Of a stretch of 64,000 nt of DNA, positions 10,150 to 19,985 are shown piece after piece (the first letter of the stretch is position 1; each line of letters opens with the position of its first letter). This stretch comes from an uncultured Acidimicrobiia bacterium (GTDB lineage Bacteria > Actinomycetota > Acidimicrobiia > Spongiisociales > ZC4RG35): the NCBI GenBank assembly GCA_964195235.1, contig CAXMOW010000006.1:4477-68476 (forward strand). The letters run 5' to 3'. The position numbers were made by a program, and so were the translations under genes. The notes beneath the pieces were generated by a model that was not told the origin of the DNA, did not search any database, and worked only from the letters and a program-made list of their open reading frames with translations.

Positions 10150-11131
10150 CAATGAAAATTCCAACGTCATTCCCGACAGGGAAGGACGCATTGACCCGGC
10201 CAAGACGGTCGGAGGTCAGGCTGTCTTAGAAGGCGTCATGATGCGCGCTCCTGGCGCGTGGTCTGTTGCCGTCCGTGGTCCCGACGGAAAAATCGTGGGT
10301 CGGCGCGACCAACTTGCTCGTCTCAGCGAACGAAACCGGGGCGCCCGGATCCCCTTCATGAGAGGCATTTTTGTCTTGGGTGAGTCGTTGACGCTTGGCT
10401 TCAAGGCTCTCTCATGGTCGGCACAGAAGGCCACCGACGAAGAGGAGGAGCCTCTGAGCGGGGCACAGATCGGGTGGACGATGACGCTCGCATTTGTCTT
10501 CTTCGCTGGCGTCTTCATCTTGTTGCCGGCTTTCGCCGCCGGGTTTGTCGCAGGCGAGTCGGGCATATGGTTCAACGTCTTCGAGGGTTTCATTCGACTC
10601 GGGATGTTCGTTGGGTACATCTGGGCGATCGGCAGATCGAAGGAAATCGCTCGAGTTTTTGAATATCACGGTGCCGAGCACATGTCGATACATGCCTATG
10701 AGGCTGGGCAGCCGTTGAGTATCGATTCAGTGGCCCAATATCCGCCGGAACATCCTCGCTGTGGCACCAGCTTCCTCCTCATTGTGGTTCTCGGTTCGAT
10801 CATCTTCTTCAGCTTCTTTGGTGTGCCCGGCTTCATTTTTCTCCTGGTTTCCCGTCTGATTGGAATCCCGATCATCGCCGGTATGGCATATGAGCTGTTG
10901 AGGTGGTCAGGTACGCGCCCCGAGGGTCGGTTGGCCCATTGGCTGGCGTTGCCGGGGATTTGGCTCCAGAAGCTGACGACGTCAGTGCCCGATCAAGATC
11001 AGATCGAGGTGGCAATATCTAGCCTCGTGGTCGCACTGGACGAAGCGAATTACGACGAAGTAATCGCCCGCGGTGGAGTGCCTGAGAGCGCACTCGACGT
11101 TCGCCGTTCGGTCTTGGGCCAGGAGGCTTGA
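10115..11131 (+). CDS. DUF1385 family membrane protein
   Basis: GGQAVLEGVMMR, YHGAEH, HPRCGTSF, PG.WLQ.LTT..P; usual position between rpmE and prfA; start uncertain (ATG 10115 or ATT 10190). Confidence 0.9.
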   Translation: MEQGQRPLTQSDNENSNVIPDREGRIDPAKTVGGQAVLEGVMMRAPGAWSVAVRGPDGKIVGRRDQLARLSERNRGARIPFMRGIFVLGESLTLGFKALSWSAQKATDEEEEPLSGAQIGWTMTLAFVFFAGVFILLPAFAAGFVAGESGIWFNVFEGFIRLGMFVGYIWAIGRSKEIARVFEYHGAEHMSIHAYEAGQPLSIDSVAQYPPEHPRCGTSFLLIVVLGSIIFFSFFGVPGFIFLLVSRLIGIPIIAGMAYELLRWSGTRPEGRLAHWLALPGIWLQKLTTSVPDQDQIEVAISSLVVALDEANYDEVIARGGVPESALDVRRSVLGQEA

Positions 11132-12190
11132 GTGGACTCGGCATTCGAGGAACGTCTCAGCGAGATAGAGGCTGCGTTCGAAGAGGTCGAGTCCGCACTC
11201 GGTGATCCAGAGGTTCTCTCCGATCCGTCCCAACTCGCAGAGTTGGGCAAACGCCATTCGGACATGAAGGATGTCGTTGTTGACATTCGTCGATGGCGGG
11301 AAGCCAACGCAGATCTAACGGATGCGAAGGAGATGTCCGACGACCCCGACATGGTCACTATGGCTGTTGAACTCGACACTGAAATCGAGGCTCTCGAGGA
11401 TCGGATCAAAATTGCGTTGGTCCCCAAAGACCCCAACGACTCCAAAGACGTGATCATGGAGATCAGGTCGGCGGCGGGTGGCGATGAGGCTTCGATATGG
11501 GCTGGTGACCTACTTCGCATGTATGAGAAGTATGCCGAGCATCTCGGATTCAAGGTCGAGCCGATGGATGCGTCTCCCGCCGACACTGGCGGTTACGACA
11601 AAGTGACCGTTGCAGTCAAAGGCCGAGGCGCCTTTTCCAAACTCAAGTACGAGGGTGGTGTTCATCGGGTGCAGCGCGTCCCGAAGACCGAGTCCCAGGG
11701 AAGGATCCACACGTCGACTGCAACAGTTGCTGTTCTGCCCGAGGCCGAGGAAGTCGACATCGATATTGACCCCAACGAGGTCCGTGTCGACGTTTATCGC
11801 TCCACGGGCCCCGGGGGCCAGTCGGTAAATACCACAGATTCTGCGGTGAGGCTGACCCATGAGCCCACGGGGATAGTGGTGTCAATGCAGGACGAGAAGA
11901 GCCAGCTCCAGAACAAGGAGAAGGCGTGGCGTGTCTTGCGTGCCCGTCTGCTCCAGGTCAAGCAGGCAAAGGCCGAGGCCGAACTAGCCGGGGCCCGCCG
12001 CAGTCAGGTCGGTTCAGGCGGCAGGTCGGAGAAGATCCGGACTTACAACTACAAGGACAATCGAGTTACCGATCACCGGATCAGTCTCACCATCCGACGT
12101 CTCGACACAATTCTGGAAGGCGCCTTGGACGCGTTTGTTGTGGCGCTCGCCGCCGACGAGCAGGCTCACCGTCTCACCGAAGGCATCTGA
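11132..12190 (+). CDS. prfA: Peptide chain release factor 1
   Basis: E.GVHRVQRVPKT (PxT motif), GPGGQSVNTTDSAVR, RSEKIRTYN. Confidence 0.97.
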   Translation: MDSAFEERLSEIEAAFEEVESALGDPEVLSDPSQLAELGKRHSDMKDVVVDIRRWREANADLTDAKEMSDDPDMVTMAVELDTEIEALEDRIKIALVPKDPNDSKDVIMEIRSAAGGDEASIWAGDLLRMYEKYAEHLGFKVEPMDASPADTGGYDKVTVAVKGRGAFSKLKYEGGVHRVQRVPKTESQGRIHTSTATVAVLPEAEEVDIDIDPNEVRVDVYRSTGPGGQSVNTTDSAVRLTHEPTGIVVSMQDEKSQLQNKEKAWRVLRARLLQVKQAKAEAELAGARRSQVGSGGRSEKIRTYNYKDNRVTDHRISLTIRRLDTILEGALDAFVVALAADEQAHRLTEGI

Positions 12191-12197
12191 CCTCTGC

Positions 12198-12241
12198 GAA
12201 GACGAAGCGAAGCTGGCGAGAAGACGGAGCGAAGACGGCGA
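12198..12241. repeat. Two tandem 22-bp purine-rich repeats
   Basis: GAAGACGAAGCGAAGCTGGCGA / GAAGACGGAGCGAAGACGGCGA (19/22 identical) between convergent genes. Confidence 0.6.
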
Positions 12242-12259
12242 GCCGATTCGCGAAGGGGG

Positions 12260-12655
12260 CTACTCCTGGTCAGCTAATCCTGCGGAGAGTGAATAGATGA
12301 TGAGCACACCCAATGTGATGATCAGAATCGACCAGAATGGATGTCCGGGCAGGAAGAACATGTGTCCGACGATTACCAATGACGCCCATGCGATCCCGAC
12401 GAGCCGTGCCCACGTCTTCGCGCTGAGGATTCCGATGGCTGCCGCGATTTGAACTACGCCAAAAATCAGCAACAACCAGCCCCATGCCGTGGCGTCGACG
12501 TAGTAGAGCCCCTCGTTGGCCAGCACGAGGAACTCATCGTTGATCAGCAAGAGGAAGCCGTAGATCAGGTTCATCGTGCCCATGATTCCGGCCAATACAG
12601 CGGCAAACACGACAAGCCCGGGCTGGCTATAGGCCTTGAACGGGTCTTCAGTCAT
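12260..12655 (-). CDS. Small 4-TM membrane protein of unknown function
   Basis: Four hydrophobic segments, WGW, WAR..GI, P.WS motifs; SD AAGGAG. Confidence 0.8.
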   Translation of the reverse strand: MTEDPFKAYSQPGLVVFAAVLAGIMGTMNLIYGFLLLINDEFLVLANEGLYYVDATAWGWLLLIFGVVQIAAAIGILSAKTWARLVGIAWASLVIVGHMFFLPGHPFWSILIITLGVLIIYSLSAGLADQE

Positions 12656-12746
12656 TTCATCTCCTTAGGTAACTCGACGACAAGTTAGCGATGGGTTGAT
12701 GCCACCTTGTGACGATCACGACAGAAACTGTCACAATTGGGCGAAC

Positions 12747-13472
12747 ATGGAATCTCTCCCACCACATGAGCTGAGTCGGCTTGAGGCGATTTCCGGTCCC
12801 GATAACCCGCTTGCTGATCTCGTCCAGCGCCGGATCGATGGTGAGCCGCTCCAGTACATCGAAGGATCTGCCGCATTTGGACCGTTGAATTTGATGGTCG
12901 ACGAGCGTGTTCTCGTACCCCGTCCCGAAACGGAAGGTCTCCTAGACATGGCGACTCGGATGGTGCGGAACCCGTCGGTGGTCATCGACCTCTGCACTGG
13001 CTCGGGCGCCCTGGGTCTGGCGTTGAAACACAACTTCCCAGGAGCTTCCGTATTCGCAACAGAAATCTCACCGGAGGCGATGGAAGTAGCCGCAGTCAAC
13101 AAACATCGATCGGGCCTTGAGATTTACCTCGCTGAAGGTGATCTCTTCGACCCGTTGCCGGCGTCCCTCCTCGGCGAGGTCGATCTGATCGTTGCCAACC
13201 CGCCTTACGTGGCGTTGGCCGATCTATCGTCGTTGCCTCCTGATGTCCGACGCGAACCGCGGATTGCGTTGGTCTCGGGACCTACCGGCCTCGAGGTCAT
13301 CCAGCGGATTGGTGCGTCAGCCGCCGACTGGCTCCGACCCGGGGGAGTGGTGGTTTGCGAGATCGGTGAGCGTCAAGGTGTGTCAGCTACAAGCTCTTTC
13401 GTCGACCTACCCGCCGTAGTTCGCCAGGACTTGGCCGGCCGCGATCGGTACATAGTCGCAGTCAAGCCATGA
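12747..13472 (+). CDS. prmC: Release factor glutamine methyltransferase (short N-terminus)
   Basis: RR..GEPLQYI.G, VLVPRPETE, DLCTGSGA, NPPY, EP..AL..G..GL, QDLAGRDR. Confidence 0.93.
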   Translation: MESLPPHELSRLEAISGPDNPLADLVQRRIDGEPLQYIEGSAAFGPLNLMVDERVLVPRPETEGLLDMATRMVRNPSVVIDLCTGSGALGLALKHNFPGASVFATEISPEAMEVAAVNKHRSGLEIYLAEGDLFDPLPASLLGEVDLIVANPPYVALADLSSLPPDVRREPRIALVSGPTGLEVIQRIGASAADWLRPGGVVVCEIGERQGVSATSSFVDLPAVVRQDLAGRDRYIVAVKP

Positions 13473-14026
13473 TCGAAGCTGCAGTCGCAGCGATAAGAGA
13501 CGGACACGTGGTCGGGTTCCCCACCGACACCGTCTACGGGCTAGGGGTTGATCCTCTGAATAGCGTTGCCGTGGACCGTCTCTTCGAGATAAAGGGGCGC
13601 CCTGAGCACAAACCGCTCGGAGTGCTTGTTGCCTCGATCGATCAAGCAGTGCTCTTGGGCGAGATCGAAGGAGATGCCTACCGCCTCGCTACTCAGCACT
13701 GGCCAGGTGCTCTCACTCTGATTGTCACGCCGTTGGTGATACTTGCCGACTGGGTTGGAGACGCCCAGCGGATAACAATCGGAGTCCGTGTGCCTGATCA
13801 CCCTCTTGCCACGCGACTCCTCGAGGAGACCGGACCGCTCGCGGTCACGTCTGCCAATGTTTCAGGGGGACGAGAGGCTGTCAACGACGAGGACGCGAGA
13901 GTCGTGTTCGGTGATCGAGTGGCTGAGTATTTGCCTGGAGTCTGTTCTGGAGGCGAAGCTTCTACCGTGGTCGATGCCTCAGGTGCACGTCTCAGCATCC
14001 TGCGAGCGGGGCCGGTCGAGATCTAG
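13469..14026 (+). CDS. tsaC: L-threonylcarbamoyladenylate synthase (TsaC/YrdC family)
   Basis: FPTDTVYGL, KGRP..KPL, WPGALT, GVRVPDH, TSAN.SG, STVVD. Confidence 0.92.
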   Translation: MIEAAVAAIRDGHVVGFPTDTVYGLGVDPLNSVAVDRLFEIKGRPEHKPLGVLVASIDQAVLLGEIEGDAYRLATQHWPGALTLIVTPLVILADWVGDAQRITIGVRVPDHPLATRLLEETGPLAVTSANVSGGREAVNDEDARVVFGDRVAEYLPGVCSGGEASTVVDASGARLSILRAGPVEI

Positions 14027-14050
14027 CGATAGACGGGTACCCTCCCGCCG

Positions 14051-15322
14051 ATGATTTCCATGGACTCAATTGAACAGGTCGATCCCGCGATCGCAGGACT
14101 TATCCGGAAGGACCTCGAGCGTCAGAACACACACATCCATCTGATCGCATCTGAAAACTTCGCCTCGCCTGCCGTCATGGCCGCGTCCGGCTCCATCTTC
14201 ACCAACAAGTACGCCGAGGGGTATCCAGGCAGGCGCTACTACGAGGGCTGTCAAGTGGTGGACGAGATGGAACAACTCGCCATAGACAGGGCAAAGGAGT
14301 TGTTCGGGGCTGAGTTTGCCAACGTCCAGGCTCACTCGGGGGCTCAGGCGAACATGGGCGTTTACTTCTCTCTGATTGAGCCGGGTGACACTGTTCTCGG
14401 AATGCGTCTCGATCAGGGTGGTCATCTCACCCATGGGTCGCCAGTCAACTTCTCAGGGCTCTATTACAACTTCGTCTCTTATGGCGTGGCCCCCGACACC
14501 GAAGTCATCGACATGGAAGAAGTACGTCGGCTGGCGATCGAGCACAAACCGAAAATCGTCATCGCCGGCTACTCGGCGTACTCACGCACCCTGGATTACG
14601 AAGGTTTTCGAGCGGTCGCCGATGAGGTCGGGGCAATCTTCATGGTTGACGCAGCCCACTTCATCGGGCTAGTGGCCGGCAAGTCGCACCCGTCTCCGGT
14701 TCCCTACGCGGACATCGTCACCGGGACGACCCACAAGGCGCTGCGCGGTCCCCGCGGCGGTCTGATTCTGGGCAAAGAGGAGTATGGCGCTGCCATCAAC
14801 AAGGCGGTCTTTCCCAACACCCAGGGTGGTCCCATTGAGTCGCAGGTTGCAGCGAAGGCTGTCTGTTTCCACGAGGCGATGCAGTCATCGTTCCATGAGT
14901 ACACCGAGCAGATAGTGGCCAACGCGTCGGCGATGGCCGAGGCGATGGGGGCCGAGGGCGTTCGTATCGTCTCGGGTGGGACGGACAACCATCTGTTTCT
15001 CGTCGACCTGAGATCGGTCGACGAAGACCTGACCGGTAAGGAGGCTGCGAAGATGCTCGACGGCATCGGGATCACTTTGAATTTCAACACGATTCCCAAT
15101 GACCCGAGACCACCTTTCAGGGCCTCGGGGCTCCGGATTGGGGCACCGGCTATGACTACCCAGGGGATGGGGGAGGATCAGGCCTCCGAAGTCGGTTCGC
15201 TCATCTCCCGAGCGATTAAGGAACATGACAATGAAGAAGCACTCACGGACGTTCGAGGCCGGGTTTCAGAGTTGGCTGCCGAATTCTCGCCATATCCGCC
15301 TGACTTCTCCGGACACGTCTAG
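14051..15322 (+). CDS. glyA: Serine hydroxymethyltransferase
   Basis: [47 protein letters not shown]. Confidence 0.98.
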   Translation: MISMDSIEQVDPAIAGLIRKDLERQNTHIHLIASENFASPAVMAASGSIFTNKYAEGYPGRRYYEGCQVVDEMEQLAIDRAKELFGAEFANVQAHSGAQANMGVYFSLIEPGDTVLGMRLDQGGHLTHGSPVNFSGLYYNFVSYGVAPDTEVIDMEEVRRLAIEHKPKIVIAGYSAYSRTLDYEGFRAVADEVGAIFMVDAAHFIGLVAGKSHPSPVPYADIVTGTTHKALRGPRGGLILGKEEYGAAINKAVFPNTQGGPIESQVAAKAVCFHEAMQSSFHEYTEQIVANASAMAEAMGAEGVRIVSGGTDNHLFLVDLRSVDEDLTGKEAAKMLDGIGITLNFNTIPNDPRPPFRASGLRIGAPAMTTQGMGEDQASEVGSLISRAIKEHDNEEALTDVRGRVSELAAEFSPYPPDFSGHV

Positions 15323-15327
15323 GGTCC

Positions 15328-15351
15328 GTGCGCCCCGAATGCGGGGCGTAC
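15328..15351 (+). terminator. GC-rich hairpin directly after glyA
   Basis: GTGCGCCCCG-AATG-CGGGGCGTAC; no U-tract. Confidence 0.5.
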
Positions 15352-15406
15352 CCCCCACCGAAGTGGGCGCTACTACCCGAGGTTTGCCAGGTTTGCTAGC
15401 GTCGAT

Positions 15407-15435
15407 TTGGTCAGAAAGGCCCCTCGAAATAGACT
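15407..15435 (+). promoter_or_regulatory. Putative housekeeping-sigma promoter of the atp operon
   Basis: TTGGTC-17 bp-TAGACT. Confidence 0.6.
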
Positions 15436-15453
15436 TTGTGAAGAACTTCACAA
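15436..15453. promoter_or_regulatory. Rex operator (ROP)
   Basis: TTGTGAA-GAAC-TTCACAA, exact match to the Rex consensus TTGTGAA-N4-TTCACAA. Confidence 0.85.
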
Positions 15454-15469
15454 GCGTGTAGATCTCCCT

Positions 15470-15706
15470 ATGAACGAACAAAATCCGAGTCCACGCGTGA
15501 CAACCGATCTGAACCACGGCTGGATCCAGGGCGGCAACCTGATCGGGTCGGTACTAGCGGGTTGGTTGCTCGGCTTTCTCCTCGACAGCTGGCTCAATAC
15601 GGAGCCATGGTTTGTGATCATCGGGATTCTTCTTGGCTCCTATTCGGGGTTCATGAGGTTGTGGCACTACTCGAAGATGATGGAAGACGATCCGCGTGAC
15701 CACTGA
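15470..15706 (+). CDS. AtpZ/AtpI family small membrane protein
   Basis: G.LLG.LLD.WL.T.PW..I.G.LLG motif; first gene of the atp operon. Confidence 0.85.
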   Translation: MNEQNPSPRVTTDLNHGWIQGGNLIGSVLAGWLLGFLLDSWLNTEPWFVIIGILLGSYSGFMRLWHYSKMMEDDPRDH

Positions 15707-16112
15707 TGATCAAACAATCGGCGTCGAGAGCGTCATGGCGCGACACACCGTCGCCCGTGCTATTTATGTTGCTCCGGTCCTCATCGTCGTTTTCGCCCTC
15801 ATCGGCGGTTGGCCGGCCGCATGGAGCTCGGCTCTGGGCGTGGTCGTAGTGGTTGCCAATTTTCTTCTCGCCGGAGCCCTGCTCTCGATTTCGGCAAGGA
15901 TCAGTCTTCAGGCTTATCATGCCGCCGCCTTGTTCGGCTTCTTCTTGAGGCTCCTTCTGTTCGTAGGTGCCGTCTACGTCATTTCGGAAACGGTTGATGT
16001 CGACAGGCTCGCTTTCGGCATCACAGCGGTTGTTTCATATCTTGCCCTGCTGGTGCTCGAAGCGGTGGCCGTGGCCAAAGGTAAGGAAAGGGAACTGACT
16101 TGGACCAAGTGA
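15696..16112 (+). CDS. atpI: ATP synthase subunit I-like protein
   Basis: Four TM segments directly upstream of atpB. Confidence 0.75.
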   Translation: MTTDDQTIGVESVMARHTVARAIYVAPVLIVVFALIGGWPAAWSSALGVVVVVANFLLAGALLSISARISLQAYHAAALFGFFLRLLLFVGAVYVISETVDVDRLAFGITAVVSYLALLVLEAVAVAKGKERELTWTK

Positions 16113-16915
16113 TCCTGGCGAGCGAATGCGATGTCGTCAACGAGGTGATATGCGCCCCGGATGACGTCAAAGAGCTATTCGAGTTCACCGAGCCGATCTT
16201 CAGCATTGGAGGCTTTGGCGTCACTAAGACGATCCTTCTCATCTTCCTGGCAGCGTTCATCGTTGTGGCCCTGCTTTTCTTCGGGCTACGTAAGAAGAGC
16301 ATGGTCCCCGGCAAGTTCGAAATTGTGATGGAATCGTCGGTCGAGTTCGTTCGTGATGGGGTCGGCCGTGACGTCATCGGCCCCGAAGGCGTCAAATACG
16401 TCCCCTACCTGCTGGCGTTATTCCTGTTCATTCTGGTCGGCAACCTCTTTGAGGTCACGCCCTTCATCAACTTCCCGATCACATCTCGGATGGCTATCCC
16501 GGCATTCCTTGCACTCGTCACTTATGTGATTTTTGTGCTTGTTGGCTTCAAGAAGAACGGTTTTCGATATCTGTTTGACACTGTCTGGCCGACGCATGTC
16601 CCGGTCGCTCTGCGTTGGCTGGTGGGGCTGATCGAGTTGGTCTCCATCTTCCTTCTTCGTCCGTTCACCCTCGCAGTCCGGCTCTTCGCCAACATGGTTG
16701 CCGGCCACCTGATGCTGACCTTGCTTCTCGGCTCGGCGTTCATCTTCCTCACCTCGTGGAGTGAGATCGGGCTCAAGGCGCTGGTGGGGGTGCCCTGGCT
16801 TGCACTTGGCCTGTTCATCTACGTCTTCGAAATTGTCGTCGCCGTTTTGCAGGCATACATCTTCACGCTGCTGTCGGCTGTTTACATCGAATCGTCAATT
16901 CACTTCGAGCACTAA
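16100..16915 (+). CDS. atpB: F0 subunit a
   Basis: RPFTLAVRLFANM.AGH, LQAYIF.LL..VYI; TTG start. Confidence 0.97.
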   Translation: MDQVILASECDVVNEVICAPDDVKELFEFTEPIFSIGGFGVTKTILLIFLAAFIVVALLFFGLRKKSMVPGKFEIVMESSVEFVRDGVGRDVIGPEGVKYVPYLLALFLFILVGNLFEVTPFINFPITSRMAIPAFLALVTYVIFVLVGFKKNGFRYLFDTVWPTHVPVALRWLVGLIELVSIFLLRPFTLAVRLFANMVAGHLMLTLLLGSAFIFLTSWSEIGLKALVGVPWLALGLFIYVFEIVVAVLQAYIFTLLSAVYIESSIHFEH

Positions 16916-17149
<234 letters not shown>

Positions 17150-17159
17150 GAGGCTGTAC

Positions 17160-17708
17160 ATGCAGTTTCTGACCGCAATGGTCCTCCTGGCGCAGGAGGA
17201 GGAGACGTCGAGCAACGTCGACTTGGTACTGCCTGAACCGGCAGAGCTGATCGCCGGCATCATCGCTTTTTCGATTGTCTTCTTCTTCGTGTGGAAGTGG
17301 GCCTGGCCGACGATCAACAAGACTCTCGAGCAGCGCCAAGCGGCAATGACAGGCAAAATGGAACAGGCAGAGGCTGCCAAAGTCGAGGCTGAGAGTTTGT
17401 TGTCCGACTACAAGAGGCAGCTTGCCGAGGCCAAGACCGAGGGAAACCGGATCATCGAAGACGCTCGAGTCACTGCCGAGCAGATGAAAACAGACATGCT
17501 GTCGAAAGCTGAGAGCGAGGCCGAAAACATCCGGGTCAAAGGCCGTGATGACGCCACATCCGAGAAGTCGCGCGCCCTGGCTGAGGCTCGATCTGAGGTC
17601 GGAGACATTTCGGTCGACCTGGCCGAGAAGATCGTCGGCGAGTCGCTCGACGCCGATGCACATCAGGCCCTCATCGACCGTTACCTCGCCGACTTGGAGC
17701 GGCTCTAG
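17160..17708 (+). CDS. atpF: F0 subunit b
   Basis: N-terminal TM, WP.I...LEQR, long coiled coil; operon position. Confidence 0.95.
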   Translation: MQFLTAMVLLAQEEETSSNVDLVLPEPAELIAGIIAFSIVFFFVWKWAWPTINKTLEQRQAAMTGKMEQAEAAKVEAESLLSDYKRQLAEAKTEGNRIIEDARVTAEQMKTDMLSKAESEAENIRVKGRDDATSEKSRALAEARSEVGDISVDLAEKIVGESLDADAHQALIDRYLADLERL

Positions 17709-17733
17709 AAGTGCCCCACCGAGGAATCCACCT

Positions 17734-18264
17734 ATGACAGGCCGTATCGACGGATACGCCAGTGGAATCTTCGAGCTTGCCAAGGCCGAAGACGAGCTGG
17801 AACGCGTCGAAACGGAGCTCTTCTCGTTCGCACAGGCGATCGACGGCTCGTCGGAGCTTCGCTCGACCCTGACCGATCCGCAGATGCCACTTGATAAGAA
17901 GCAAGCGATTATCGACGACCTTCTCGGTTCTCGGGCTTCTTCCTTGACGGTTGGGCTTGTCCAACTGATGGTGAGCCAGGGGCGAGCTTCAGAACTAGCA
18001 GCTGTTGCTCAAGCGGTTGTTGAAGCCGCCGCCGCCTCCCGTCACAAGGCCGTTGCGGAAGTCCGGTCCGCAGTCCCGCTCGACGACGCCACGGTCCAAC
18101 GGCTCGCTGCTGGCTTGAGCCGGGTGACCGGCAAGACCGTCGAAGTGAAAGTCATCGTCGACGATTCGATTATCGGTGGTATCAGTGCCCGAGTGGGTGA
18201 CACCGTGATCGATGGGTCACTGGCCCGCCGCGTCGATTCCCTCCGCCAGGCGATTAGTAGATAG
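17734..18264 (+). CDS. atpH: F1 subunit delta
   Basis: YA..IFE.A, A.V.SAVPL, VD.SIIGG...RVGD.VIDGS; ATG 17734 after GAGGA. Confidence 0.95.
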   Translation: MTGRIDGYASGIFELAKAEDELERVETELFSFAQAIDGSSELRSTLTDPQMPLDKKQAIIDDLLGSRASSLTVGLVQLMVSQGRASELAAVAQAVVEAAAASRHKAVAEVRSAVPLDDATVQRLAAGLSRVTGKTVEVKVIVDDSIIGGISARVGDTVIDGSLARRVDSLRQAISR

Positions 18265-18272
18265 GAAGATTC

Positions 18273-19814
18273 ATGCCTGATTTGACCATCACAGCCGATC
18301 AGATCACCAACTCCCTTCGCACCCAGCTCGAGGGCTGGGAGCCGGAGGTCACAAAAGAAACGGTCGGGTATGTGAAATCGATCGCAGATGGTGTTGCCCG
18401 CGTCGAAGGCCTCCCGAGAGCGATGGCCTCAGAACTCCTCGAGTTCCCGGGAGGCCTCGTTGGCGTTGCCCTAAACATCGACGAAGACGACCTGGGTGTT
18501 GTCTTTCTTGGTGACTCCAACCACATCGAGGAGGGCACGCCCGTCAAGCAGACCGGCACTGTGCTGTCGGTTCCGGTGGGAGATGCCATGTTGGGCCGGG
18601 TTATCGACTCTCTGGGCAATCCGATCGACGGGAAGGGACCCATCGCGGCGACTGAGCGTCGTCTCCTCGAGACCCAGGCTCCATCAGTAGTTGAGAGACA
18701 ACCCGTGACCGAGCCGTTGCAGACTGGCATCAAGGCCATCGACTCGATGACCCCCATCGGTCGTGGCCAACGTCAGCTCATCATCGGCGACCGTCAGACC
18801 GGCAAGACAGCGCTGCTCGTCGACACGATCATCAATCAGAAGCAGTATTGGGGTACTGACAAGGCCGTCAAGTGCATATACGTCGCAATCGGGCAGAAGG
18901 CTTCCACGGTCGCTGAAGTCGTTGCGACCCTGGAGGAGCACGGCGCGATGGAGTACACGGTGGTGGTCAATGCGGCTGCCTCCGATGCACCAGCACTCCA
19001 GATGTACGCCCCATACGCCGGTTCGGCGATCGGCCAGCACTGGATGTACAAAGGGGAACACGCGTTGATCATGTTCGACGACCTCTCCAAACAAGCCGTT
19101 GCGTACCGAGAGATCTCGCTGTTGCTACGGCGTCCGCCAGGTCGTGAGGCCTATCCGGGTGATGTCTTCTACTTACACAGCCGTCTTCTGGAGCGCTGCG
19201 CGAAGTTGTCCGATGAGCTCGGTGGCGGTTCGATGACCGGGCTTCCTGTGATCGAGACGAAGGCGGACGACATCTCGGCGTACATTCCAACCAACGTCAT
19301 TTCAATCACGGACGGTCAGGTCTTCCTCAAGACCGATCTGTTCTTCCAGGGTGTTCGTCCTGCCGTCGATGCGGGAGTGTCGGTCTCCCGTGTTGGTGGT
19401 GCAGCTCAAATCAACGCGATGAAGAAGATCGCCGGGCCACTTCGTCTCAACCTGGCGCAGTTCCGCGAATTGGCGGCATTCGCCGAGTTCGGCTCGGAGC
19501 TCGACGCCGCATCGTTGGCCCAGTTGGAGCGTGGCCGCCGGGTTGTCGAGGTTCTCAAGCAGCCACAGTTCGACCCTGTCCCGGTTGAAGAGCAGGTGCT
19601 TGTTCTCTTTGCTGTCACCGAAGGTCATATGGACGACATTGAGGTGGCTGATGTAGGGCGCTTCGAGTACGAATTGCGTGAGTACTTCCGAGCCCGACAC
19701 ACGGCCGTCCTTGGGCACATCGCCGACTCTGGGAAGCTCCCCGAAGGGGACCAGATGGCTGAAGGTGTCGACGCATTCAAGGAAACCTTCCTGGCCATGG
19801 CGACGGTCGAGTAG
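18273..19814 (+). CDS. atpA: F1 subunit alpha
   Basis: [42 protein letters not shown]. Confidence 0.99.
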   Translation: MPDLTITADQITNSLRTQLEGWEPEVTKETVGYVKSIADGVARVEGLPRAMASELLEFPGGLVGVALNIDEDDLGVVFLGDSNHIEEGTPVKQTGTVLSVPVGDAMLGRVIDSLGNPIDGKGPIAATERRLLETQAPSVVERQPVTEPLQTGIKAIDSMTPIGRGQRQLIIGDRQTGKTALLVDTIINQKQYWGTDKAVKCIYVAIGQKASTVAEVVATLEEHGAMEYTVVVNAAASDAPALQMYAPYAGSAIGQHWMYKGEHALIMFDDLSKQAVAYREISLLLRRPPGREAYPGDVFYLHSRLLERCAKLSDELGGGSMTGLPVIETKADDISAYIPTNVISITDGQVFLKTDLFFQGVRPAVDAGVSVSRVGGAAQINAMKKIAGPLRLNLAQFRELAAFAEFGSELDAASLAQLERGRRVVEVLKQPQFDPVPVEEQVLVLFAVTEGHMDDIEVADVGRFEYELREYFRARHTAVLGHIADSGKLPEGDQMAEGVDAFKETFLAMATVE

Positions 19815-19819
19815 CCGGC

Positions 19820-19983
19820 AGTGCACCCCGTTGCGAACACGCCGACGATTCAACGGCTGAGGACACCCCTGGCGGCTTCCTCGTCCTCAACGCACCCAAA
19901 CGGGTGCGCCTTCGTCCTGCGTCTTTGCCAGCGAAGCCCTCAGCTCGCCGAATCGCGCGGCCATGTCCGCAACGGAGCGCACT
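19820..19983 (-). repeat. 164-bp palindromic (MITE-like/long hairpin) intergenic element
   Basis: About 45-bp imperfect terminal inverted repeats (AGTGCACCCCGTTGCGAACA... / ...TGTCCGCAACGGAGCGCACT), inner CTGGC/GCCAG stem and central CGCACCC-AAAC-GGGTGCG hairpin. Confidence 0.8.
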
Positions 19984-19985
19984 AG

